A DNA stretch of 64,000 bases from a virus. The stretch is taken from the IMG/VR virus record IMGVR_UViG_3300034019_000586, positions 2,723-66,722 of that record, one strand, 5' to 3'. The translations under genes and the position numbers were made by a program. Below the pieces are notes generated by a model. The model searched no databases. It saw nothing but the letters and a program-made list of their open reading frames with translations, and was not told the DNA's origin. Below, piece by piece: positions 55,892 through 64,000 of the stretch (within the stretch, counting starts at the first letter, position 1; each line of letters opens with the position of its first letter).

Positions 55892-58368
55892 GTAGTGTAG
55901 TTGATTTATATGAGAAGGAAGATGAATACGTTATCCTCAATGATAGGGATGAGGACTTGTTTCCAATACCCATAAAACTTCCATCACTAACGGAGTGGTA
56001 TAGCAAGTATCTTGGTAGAGAAGTGTCTTGGGGCGAGGCCATAACCTATGTGGACGGATACGGCCTACACCCAAACGATCAGGTTTTTAAGCACCAGCAA
56101 GTTCCCGAAAGAATCAAGTTAATTTATGAAACCACTTTCAATAAATTAAAGATAAAAAAGAAGTACAAGGAAATTACAGAAGTTTCGCAAGAAGACTTGT
56201 ACGATGAAATAGAATCAAACCCGATATACTACAAAGAAGAGATTAAGTGGATGAAAACCCAAATTAAGCGGGTTATCTACACGGGATATTGGTGTTTTAT
56301 CAAGGGTAAACCGACATACCTTAATCCACCATTTTACTTCTTTCTCAACTTTTGGAAACTAAAAAACAAGAACAGAAAAGATAGTTTGCCCGACTACCGA
56401 AACTATCAAAGAGAAATGTTTACGGGGCTTTACTACGCCCATACCACAGATGATTTATTCTATAAGCACAGAGTGGTTTGGAGAGGCGACGACTTGGCAC
56501 AACAGGAAACGCTTTTTAACGAATTTCAGTCAATGATTGACTTTGAGCGTGAATTAAAGCAGAAAGGAATTGCTTGTTTTCATCAGGCAGAAGTCACGGG
56601 AGGTATATGGCGTAAAAATCCAAACGGAAGAACTTGTAATGGAATTAATTTAATATCAGGTCGTCGTATTGCTAAAACAGATAGCGCGTGTTGTTTTGGC
56701 TATTGGGCTACAATTAGAATACCCGAACAATTATTTGTGATTCAGGGATTGAACAAGGAGCAAGCCGTTGACAAGGTTTTCATTCAGAAAATTCAAGTTC
56801 CTGTAAGTAAGTTGCCATTCTTTTTTAGACCGCATATCAGAGGTAGAGAAGACGCAAAAGCGGGTATGACGTTTTTATACGATGGAGAAACACTTGCATC
56901 ATATCGTGCAGGTGTTATTCCTGAACCGCACGGTGGCAGGATATTACCGCTTTCAAGTAACGAAAGGGCGGCAGACGGAGAGGAGGCCAATATTGTTTAC
57001 ATTGATGAACCCGGTAAGCGACTTGATAAAAAAGCACAAGAAAGGGATATACCTTCTTTGTGGTACGAGGTATTGAAACCCGCAACCGAAATTGGTTCGG
57101 AGATCGTTGGAACTTGCATCATGCCTACGACGGTTGGCGAAATGGAATCAGGTGGTGGAGATCAGTTTTTGCGAATTGTAAACGATTCGCACTTTGACGA
57201 CAGAACCGATAACGGCACTACGGTGTCAGGGCTTTTGAATATATTTTTAAGTGGTTACTACGCCATACCCGGATTTATAGACAAGTGGGGATTTACGGTA
57301 ATGGAAACACCTAAATTTCCCGTAATATCCAACACAGGTAAGTCAATAACAATGGGTGCAAGAGAGTGGCACGAAAACCAAATTAGGCACTTTGAAAAGA
57401 ACAAACAATGGGAGAAGCTGAACACGCACAACCGAAACTTCCCACCATCATTTAAGGCAGCGTTTCAATTAAACATGAAGGGTATGGGCATGACTGAAAT
57501 CACCCTTCAAAAGATGAAAAACAGGGTAAGTGATTTAAGGTTTAGCAAGTCAGCACCGCCATATTCACGAATAGACTTTACGTTTATACCTAATTCTGAA
57601 AACGTAATGACCGAAATACATGATTTAGGTCGTTGGGTGTATTCATACTTGCCGCCAAAGCAAATGTGGAATCAGAAAACAGTCGTAACCGAAGACGAAG
57701 GATACACAAGGCTTGGAACAAAAGGGCAGATTTACGCACCACACACTTCGGTAGCTAACAAATTCGTTATATGTTTTGACCCCGTTAAATTTGATAAAAT
57801 GAACCGTAGGGGAAGCGGCAGTTCAACTCCTGCTGCTGCGGTTTACTACAAAAGAGATATGACCGTTGATCCCGACACAAAACCGAGAGATGAATGGGTT
57901 AGCGAGGACTATGTTGCTTTGATAGCACATAAAACAGACTTTAAGGAGGAAATTTATGAGGAGGTATTAAAGGCTGCAATACTTTATGGCGCATATATTT
58001 ATCCCGAAGCCAATGACGCCAATGACTTTATGCAGTGGATTCGCAAAAAGGGATATGATGGGTATTTACTAAGAGATATTGATGAGAAAGGAAAACTTGC
58101 AGCCGTTCCCGGTGTTTGGGCAGACGCAAATACCATTGGTGACATGGTAACGAAAATGGTTGACTATTTCGCTCATAATGTGTCTTACATGAAGATACCG
58201 CACATAATTGAGGATTGGTTAAAGATGAAGGGTGTTGATGATTTGACAAACCGAGATATTGCGGCTGCAACGGGATGGTGTCAGAGAGCGTCAGCACAAA
58301 GAACGGGTGAAGTTTATAAAGATTGGTATGGTGAAGTAGAGATAGATGATGAACCCGATATGTTTTAA
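55888..58368 (+). CDS. terL: Terminase large subunit
   Basis: 826 aa with a GRRIAKT Walker A variant, IVYIDEPGK Walker B, and a nuclease domain (ICFDP...E.N...D); precedes the portal. Confidence 0.8.
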   Translation: MSSVVDLYEKEDEYVILNDRDEDLFPIPIKLPSLTEWYSKYLGREVSWGEAITYVDGYGLHPNDQVFKHQQVPERIKLIYETTFNKLKIKKKYKEITEVSQEDLYDEIESNPIYYKEEIKWMKTQIKRVIYTGYWCFIKGKPTYLNPPFYFFLNFWKLKNKNRKDSLPDYRNYQREMFTGLYYAHTTDDLFYKHRVVWRGDDLAQQETLFNEFQSMIDFERELKQKGIACFHQAEVTGGIWRKNPNGRTCNGINLISGRRIAKTDSACCFGYWATIRIPEQLFVIQGLNKEQAVDKVFIQKIQVPVSKLPFFFRPHIRGREDAKAGMTFLYDGETLASYRAGVIPEPHGGRILPLSSNERAADGEEANIVYIDEPGKRLDKKAQERDIPSLWYEVLKPATEIGSEIVGTCIMPTTVGEMESGGGDQFLRIVNDSHFDDRTDNGTTVSGLLNIFLSGYYAIPGFIDKWGFTVMETPKFPVISNTGKSITMGAREWHENQIRHFEKNKQWEKLNTHNRNFPPSFKAAFQLNMKGMGMTEITLQKMKNRVSDLRFSKSAPPYSRIDFTFIPNSENVMTEIHDLGRWVYSYLPPKQMWNQKTVVTEDEGYTRLGTKGQIYAPHTSVANKFVICFDPVKFDKMNRRGSGSSTPAAAVYYKRDMTVDPDTKPRDEWVSEDYVALIAHKTDFKEEIYEEVLKAAILYGAYIYPEANDANDFMQWIRKKGYDGYLLRDIDEKGKLAAVPGVWADANTIGDMVTKMVDYFAHNVSYMKIPHIIEDWLKMKGVDDLTNRDIAAATGWCQRASAQRTGEVYKDWYGEVEIDDEPDMF

Positions 58369-58401
58369 GATAAAAGAAAAATAAATTTTAATGCTAAAAC
58401 A

Positions 58402-58434
58402 TTTGTTTTTAGTTAATTAAATAACATAGTTTTG
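58402..58434 (+). promoter_or_regulatory. Bacteroidota promoter
   Basis: TTTG, 21 nt, TAGTTTTG, ending 7 nt before the portal ATG. Confidence 0.6.
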
Positions 58435-58441
58435 CGTTTCG

Positions 58442-60850
58442 ATGTATCTAATCCCATTAAGTTCAGGATTTGCGTTTCCCGACGATAGTGTTTCGGAAAA
58501 GGAAAAGGCAGATGTTAAATTTGGCTCAAAAGTCGCTCGTGCTTTGTGGGCTAAATTTTGTCTTGGAGGCACTTATGGTTGGGGCTATAACGATTTACAG
58601 AACATAAAACTTATTCGTGATTACGGTGACGGTGTTCAGGATGAGAGAATTTATAGGGATTGGCACACCAATGGATCACCGATAGGCGGTGGAAGGATTA
58701 ATCAAGGAAACGGCAATCAGGGTGGAAGACACGCGAGGCTTGCAGCAACACAGATGCGCGGGGCAATGGTTAATATTTCTTACAAGCCATTTAGCCCAAT
58801 ACCTAAATTTAGTTCAACGGTAATTTCAATGCTTTCTGGCAACGATTACTTTGTTGAATTTACTTCGGTAAATAAAAACGCCATTGATGAAAAGACGAGG
58901 AAAAAACTAAAACTGTTTTATGCCTCAACAATGGTAAACCCACTTGTTAAAGAACTTGGGCTTCCTGAAATACCGATTCCGTTTCAGCCAAAGGATGAGA
59001 GAGAACTTGAAATGCTCGAAAAACAGGGCGCGTTTAAGTCAGATATAGAGAGATCGTTGGAGCAGGTAGCGGAAACAGGATTTAAGTTGTCTAATTGGCC
59101 GTATAAAATTCGTAGAAAGTGCAATAAGGACGCTATTGACTTTAATTTAAGATGCGCTAAACTTTACACGGAAGCAAGCGGAGCGGTTAAATGGAGATAC
59201 GTTGATGTGACAAGAATGATTGTTCTTTGGAACGACAATGACGATGAACCCGTTGGTATTGGTGACGTAAGGCTTGTAGATATTCAGTCTATTTACAAAG
59301 ATTTAGTTGATTCAGGATATACCGAAGACGAAATTAAGGGCATTGCTAAAACGTATCAGGGTCAACAAATTGCGCAATGGGCAAATGATTCAGTAATTTT
59401 TGAAAGGAAAGACCCACTAACAAACCGTTGGATGTGGCTTGACTTCAAAGTTCCTGTAATGGATTTTGATTACCTATCAACTGACTATCATCAGTTTGTA
59501 AAAGGAAAAGACAAAAAAGGAAAGACTTTTTACGAAAGAAACGAAAAGGTTGTTTCCGATAAGGAAAAAAGCAAGGACAGAGAATACGATGATTACCAAT
59601 GTAATTTTTGGTATGAGGGAAGTTATATTGTCGGAACGGACAAAACATTTAATTGGAGAAAGAAGCCAAATCAGGTTCAAGGTTCTAAATTAAACCCATG
59701 TAGTTCATACGTTTTTGACAGAGCATCGGATAACGGACAAGCACTTACACAAAGGGCTATTCCTATTGAAGATGAATTAATGTTTTCTGTTATTAAGAAA
59801 CGTGCTGCGGTTGCCGCTTCTGCGCCAAAGGGCTACATTGTTGACGTAGGTGATAGCGGCAGAATAATGATTGGAGGTTCAGAGTATAGCGTTTTTGACT
59901 TAATTCATATGCACCGTCAAAACGGTATCATGTTGAAGAAAACAAGCGTAAACGCAGCAACGGGAAAGCAGACATCGACACCAATTATAGAACTTGAAAA
60001 CGGTCTTGGGAAGCAAGGGGATGAATGGCTAAGAGAAATTGCGGCTAATGTTTTCAACCTTGCAAGCACGTTTGGAATTACCGACGCCACAGCCGCCCAA
60101 ATGGAAACAAGTGGTGAAAAAGCCGTAGGGGTCTGGGAGGGTGAAATCCAATCAACTAACCACGCAATTTACCCGCTAAAGGTGTCTGAAATGGCTTTTA
60201 AGGAAAAACTTGCAGCGAGATATGCTTTGCAGGTACGGGTGAATATAAAGTACGATGATAGGTGTCGTGAATTTTATGAGAACCAACTTGGTAAGCACGT
60301 CATTGGTGTACTTGATTCAATAGATGAGATTTGCCTTGAAGACATAGGTGTAGTGGCAAAAGCACTTCCAAATGAGAAGAAGAAAGATCAAATCTTGATG
60401 AGGGCGGTTGAAATGAGTAAAATCGCAACCCGTGATGGAAGCACTTATTTAACACCCGCAGACGTTGAAAGGGTTAGTGAATTTCTTGAAAACGATGATA
60501 TTGAGGGCGCACGTCAGTATATGTACGACCGTGAAAGGTTTAACAGGGAGAACGCGGAAAGGGTGGCGCAGGAAAGTATGCAAATGACTATTAAAGGTCA
60601 ACAAGAATCTGCAATGATCGCGGAACAAGCCAAACAGCAAACTATTCAAGTTGAACTTCAATCACAACTTGCAAAAATCGAAGCTGAAAAGCAAAAAGAA
60701 ATTGAGGTAATGAATTTGAAGTACGAACTTGAAAACAGAAACAAGGTAACAGAAATCAGAGAAAAAGGCAGCGAGGACATGAATCAGTTGCTTGTGGAGA
60801 TCGAAGGTGAAAAACAAACAGGAACAAATATTAGAAACGATAAAACATAA
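58442..60850 (+). CDS. Portal protein
   Basis: 802 aa with FPDDSVSEKEK, NISYKPFSPIPKF and a long C-terminal coiled coil as in crAss-like/P22-like portals; lies between terminase and capsid genes. Confidence 0.8.
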   Translation: MYLIPLSSGFAFPDDSVSEKEKADVKFGSKVARALWAKFCLGGTYGWGYNDLQNIKLIRDYGDGVQDERIYRDWHTNGSPIGGGRINQGNGNQGGRHARLAATQMRGAMVNISYKPFSPIPKFSSTVISMLSGNDYFVEFTSVNKNAIDEKTRKKLKLFYASTMVNPLVKELGLPEIPIPFQPKDERELEMLEKQGAFKSDIERSLEQVAETGFKLSNWPYKIRRKCNKDAIDFNLRCAKLYTEASGAVKWRYVDVTRMIVLWNDNDDEPVGIGDVRLVDIQSIYKDLVDSGYTEDEIKGIAKTYQGQQIAQWANDSVIFERKDPLTNRWMWLDFKVPVMDFDYLSTDYHQFVKGKDKKGKTFYERNEKVVSDKEKSKDREYDDYQCNFWYEGSYIVGTDKTFNWRKKPNQVQGSKLNPCSSYVFDRASDNGQALTQRAIPIEDELMFSVIKKRAAVAASAPKGYIVDVGDSGRIMIGGSEYSVFDLIHMHRQNGIMLKKTSVNAATGKQTSTPIIELENGLGKQGDEWLREIAANVFNLASTFGITDATAAQMETSGEKAVGVWEGEIQSTNHAIYPLKVSEMAFKEKLAARYALQVRVNIKYDDRCREFYENQLGKHVIGVLDSIDEICLEDIGVVAKALPNEKKKDQILMRAVEMSKIATRDGSTYLTPADVERVSEFLENDDIEGARQYMYDRERFNRENAERVAQESMQMTIKGQQESAMIAEQAKQQTIQVELQSQLAKIEAEKQKEIEVMNLKYELENRNKVTEIREKGSEDMNQLLVEIEGEKQTGTNIRNDKT

Positions 60851-60855
60851 ACAAA

Positions 60856-61878
60856 ATGGCAGAGGAAAACGGAAAAGTACAGACGGATGAAGTTGTAACA
60901 ACAGAAACTACAACCACCGAAACAACACAAACACAAGATCAACCTTATTATTCACAGTTTGGTGAATTTAGTTCAGAGGATGAATTTAAGTCATGGGTTG
61001 ATGAGGCAAAAACGGTAGTTAATTCAAAGAGTGAGATTGAAAGGGTTAAATCGGAGTACGAAAACCAACTTCGGTTTTTGGGTGAGGCAGAGGTAGATAT
61101 TGACCCCGAAATTTCCACGCTTAATGAATTTAAGAAAAAAGGAATAAGCATTGATATTGCGACAAGAGTTACTTCATTTGACGCAGAAAAGTCTAATGAC
61201 AACCCACTTGCAACACTTATTCTTGCGGAGGCTGTGTCAAACCCAAACAAGTTCAACAAACTTGGTCACGCAGGTATTGAGGCCGCGATAAGAGAAAAAT
61301 ACGGACTTTCAGAGGATGGTGAATACACGCCAACAGCACTTATGAAGTCCGATTCAATAGACGCAATAGAAAAAATTCAAAGTGTAAAAAATTCTATTGC
61401 GGAAATAAAAAACCCAATTAAATTTGCAAAAGAAGAACTTCAAAAAAGAAGTCTTACTTTCGAGGAAGGTAAAAAAGCATCATTACAACTTTTTGAATCA
61501 GTTGTGAAAGAGATCAGCGAGATTACCGACACTCATGGCGAAGTCAAGTTTACCTACAAAGTATCGGAGGAAGAACGACAAATAGCCATGAACTTGAAAG
61601 AGCAAATTGCTTCACAGTTCCCCGCCACAAAAGAAGGCAGAGAACAAATGTCACAGTATGTAAACAATTACTTGCGCATTCAAAAGTACCTGAGTGGCGA
61701 AGTTTACAAAGAGTGGCAAAACAGTCTTGCAGCAGACGTGAGGCAGCAAGCGGTCAAAGAAGTCCTAAATGGAGGCAGGGTAGTAACCCCCAACCGTTCA
61801 GGAAATCCAAAATCCACAAACGAAAAAGACTCACCTATTTACAGGCAAGCCGTTCGTGATGGAAAAATTAAAGAATAA
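60856..61878 (+). CDS. Putative scaffolding protein
   Basis: 340 aa, acidic and helical, between portal and capsid. Confidence 0.55.
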   Translation: MAEENGKVQTDEVVTTETTTTETTQTQDQPYYSQFGEFSSEDEFKSWVDEAKTVVNSKSEIERVKSEYENQLRFLGEAEVDIDPEISTLNEFKKKGISIDIATRVTSFDAEKSNDNPLATLILAEAVSNPNKFNKLGHAGIEAAIREKYGLSEDGEYTPTALMKSDSIDAIEKIQSVKNSIAEIKNPIKFAKEELQKRSLTFEEGKKASLQLFESVVKEISEITDTHGEVKFTYKVSEEERQIAMNLKEQIASQFPATKEGREQMSQYVNNYLRIQKYLSGEVYKEWQNSLAADVRQQAVKEVLNGGRVVTPNRSGNPKSTNEKDSPIYRQAVRDGKIKE

Positions 61879-61902
61879 CAACATTAAAAAAATTAAAAGA
61901 AA

Positions 61903-63306
61903 ATGAGCAATTTAATTCCTCAGTCCATACAAGGTGGGATGACCTACCAAATATTGGATCAATGGTCTGCCATGATGGAAGATAAATCAGCAACGCTGTA
62001 CTTTCCGTTTGGAGATCAAAACGCCCGTACTATTACGGCAATTCGCAACGGTATAGGCCAGTTGCAACAAATTAAGCAAGCACGTTGGTCATGGTTTGAA
62101 GAAGACCGTGCGCAAGTGCCTTTTACGGTTGAATCGGTTACAAACGCATCAGGTGTTTACACCATTACTATTCCTTCGGACGAAGTTGACCCTGCTACGG
62201 GTAATTCATGGCCGAACAAGTTTGATGTGTTTCAGCACGTAGAGTCAGGCCGTAACTTCTACATTTCTGACAAACCAGCAGCGGATGAACTCGTGGTTAA
62301 GCCCGTGAACAACACAGGTGCAAACCTTATTTCTATCGTTGCGGGAGATACGTTCTTCTACATTGGTCAAGTATCAAAAGAGGGTTCAACAGAGGTAATA
62401 CCTAAGTTTTACTTCTCAACTGAGTACACAGTAGGTACACAGATCGTTCGTCACAACGAGCAGTCAACAGGTAGTGCCTTGTTTAATCAACTTTGGTACG
62501 ATCAGTTGCAAAGCAGAGTTTCGATTCCTTACAGCAACTCTCAGGACGTAATGAAGTTGCAGCGTATTCACAACCTTGCCTTCGTAAACTCGTTCTTTGC
62601 TAATGAGTTGTCAAACAACCTTAGCGCGGCTGAAAACTTCAACACCACTTCGGCAACAGAGGGTATGTATAATGGTCTTTACAAGACTATTTTTGGTCGT
62701 GGTCAGAAGCAGGACACGGGCGGTACTCCGGGCGTAAGTGATTTTTACGCACTTGAAGCATTGCTAAGTCAGCAGGATTCAAGCATCAGAAGCTATTCTG
62801 TATGGACAGGTGGCGCGGTTTACTCACAGGTTTCACAAGCCATGCTTGAATATTTGAAGCAGACCTATGTTGATACCACCGTGCAGGAATACCGTGACTT
62901 GTTCTACAACGGTAGCCTTGATACTAATTCAATGCGTACCACTCTTGATTTTCAGTACATGACTTTTCAGGGTAAAAACTTTGGATTGAGTCGTATTGAT
63001 ATTCTTGATAACCCGACAACTTTCAATGCGGGTTCAGGTTTGCAGACCACTAAGCCTTGGCAGAACGTGGCGTTTTTCATTCCGCTTGGTAACGGTGCTG
63101 ACGATGGTAACGGAAATCTTGGTAAGTATGTTCGTATCTGCCACAAAGGAGATACAACAAGCCGCTTTATGAAGATGTGGTACACAGGTGCTATGTCGCC
63201 AAATGGCAATCAGACAGCAGAAGATACCTTGCGTATTGATATTCTGTCAGAATACACACTTGGATTCCTTATGGCGAACAACTACGGTATGTTCTACAAA
63301 GCATAA
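61903..63306 (+). CDS. Major capsid protein
   Basis: 467 aa with WSWFEEDR, TQIVR, TEGMYNGL and ILSEYTLG motifs; followed by a strong terminator. Confidence 0.75.
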   Translation: MSNLIPQSIQGGMTYQILDQWSAMMEDKSATLYFPFGDQNARTITAIRNGIGQLQQIKQARWSWFEEDRAQVPFTVESVTNASGVYTITIPSDEVDPATGNSWPNKFDVFQHVESGRNFYISDKPAADELVVKPVNNTGANLISIVAGDTFFYIGQVSKEGSTEVIPKFYFSTEYTVGTQIVRHNEQSTGSALFNQLWYDQLQSRVSIPYSNSQDVMKLQRIHNLAFVNSFFANELSNNLSAAENFNTTSATEGMYNGLYKTIFGRGQKQDTGGTPGVSDFYALEALLSQQDSSIRSYSVWTGGAVYSQVSQAMLEYLKQTYVDTTVQEYRDLFYNGSLDTNSMRTTLDFQYMTFQGKNFGLSRIDILDNPTTFNAGSGLQTTKPWQNVAFFIPLGNGADDGNGNLGKYVRICHKGDTTSRFMKMWYTGAMSPNGNQTAEDTLRIDILSEYTLGFLMANNYGMFYKA

Positions 63307-63313
63307 TCTACTT

Positions 63314-63346
63314 GAAAGGGGGACGTAATACTCCCCCTTTCTTTTT
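63314..63346 (+). terminator. Intrinsic terminator after capsid gene
   Basis: GAAAGGGGGA-CGTAATAC-TCCCCCTTTCTTTTT. Confidence 0.75.
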
Positions 63347-63368
63347 AATAAATTAAATACAAAACAAT

Positions 63369-64000
63369 ATGTTATTCGACAACAGCAAACCCTATGTAAT
63401 CCCTGAAACGGGTGACTATTCGCGGGAAATGTTAAAGCAAGCATTCCCTGAATTTTATGCAGGAAAAACAGTAAAAATTAATGCACTTGAACACCTTTGG
63501 GTAACTTCTAAAATGGTGAACAAGGACAGAATGAGTGTGGGTATTCGTAAAGACCCGCCTAAACCAACAGGACACAAAGCACAGGCAAACCTATTGATTG
63601 ACGGAAAGCAGGTTAATTTACAATGGAGTGATTCAATGCCTTCTGTAAACGATAAAGGAAACGCCACTTTTACATATCCATCTAATCAGATCATGCTGAA
63701 AAATGGGTATCAAATTTCACCTGAAAGAGGGCAAGAGGACTTGCTTTATTTCTTGTATTTTGGTGCTTCTTTTATCAGTAATTCATATAAGCCCGGACGT
63801 ACACCACAGTATGAATTTGTTAAGCCCGAAGTTAAGGCGGCAGAGCGTATTGAGGCGTTTAAGAAGGCTACGGAGTATGAAAACCGTATTTTGATTCAGT
63901 TGACTGATGAGAAAGTTAATTACGCATTGAAGGGACTTGGCATGGATGTCAAGGATAATTCAGATATTAATCGTGTTGCGCTTTTGGATAAGGTTAAGCG
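63369..64000 (+). CDS. Structural-module protein, 3'-truncated by the window
   Basis: ATG at 63369 (MLFDNSKPYVIPETG...) stays open to the window end. Confidence 0.6.
   Translation, partial: MLFDNSKPYVIPETGDYSREMLKQAFPEFYAGKTVKINALEHLWVTSKMVNKDRMSVGIRKDPPKPTGHKAQANLLIDGKQVNLQWSDSMPSVNDKGNATFTYPSNQIMLKNGYQISPERGQEDLLYFLYFGASFISNSYKPGRTPQYEFVKPEVKAAERIEAFKKATEYENRILIQLTDEKVNYALKGLGMDVKDNSDINRVALLDKVK

Noticed and set aside
1-64000. Integron integrase or other tyrosine/serine recombinase
   Set aside because: No ORF shows the R...HxxR...Y or serine-recombinase motifs. One could still lie outside the window.
1-64000. Stop-codon reassignment as in some crAss-like phages
   Set aside because: Long genes are intact and tile densely under code 11, TAG and TGA end plausible genes, and no suppressor tRNA was seen.
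1-64000. tRNA or rRNA genes
   Set aside because: No convincing cloverleaf with a T-loop GTTCRA was found by eye; tRNAscan-SE would be needed to exclude them.

Overview
The window is most of a tailed dsDNA phage genome (or prophage) of a Bacteroidota host, judged by recurrent TAnnTTTG -7 promoter boxes, DUF3127 and DUF4373 genes and A-rich translation starts. Its head and tail module is podovirus-like, with crAss-like gene order. Layout: 1-22.4 kb (+) holds tail, ejection and giant internal-virion proteins with an interposed ferritin, then lysis genes and a tail fibre. 22.4-42 kb (-) holds early, replication and recombination genes (DUF3127 SSB, NinG, PAPS-reductase-like, DnaB, DUF4373 initiator, YqaJ nuclease, DUF3560). 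42-43.4 kb is a divergent non-coding control region. 43.4-64 kb (+) holds an RHH regulator, a phosphoesterase, GroES-like genes, a six-gene glycosyl/methyltransferase cluster, terminase, portal, scaffold and major capsid protein. The standout is 33.9-37.05 kb: seven tandem integron-type gene cassettes separated by six complete attC-like hairpins and one truncated one, with no integrase in the window. All cargo ORFs run antisense to the inferred attC polarity. Most start inside their own attC and stop in the TAAC of the recombination core, so the recombination sites encode the protein N-termini. All product calls come from motifs recognised by eye; no database searches were run.
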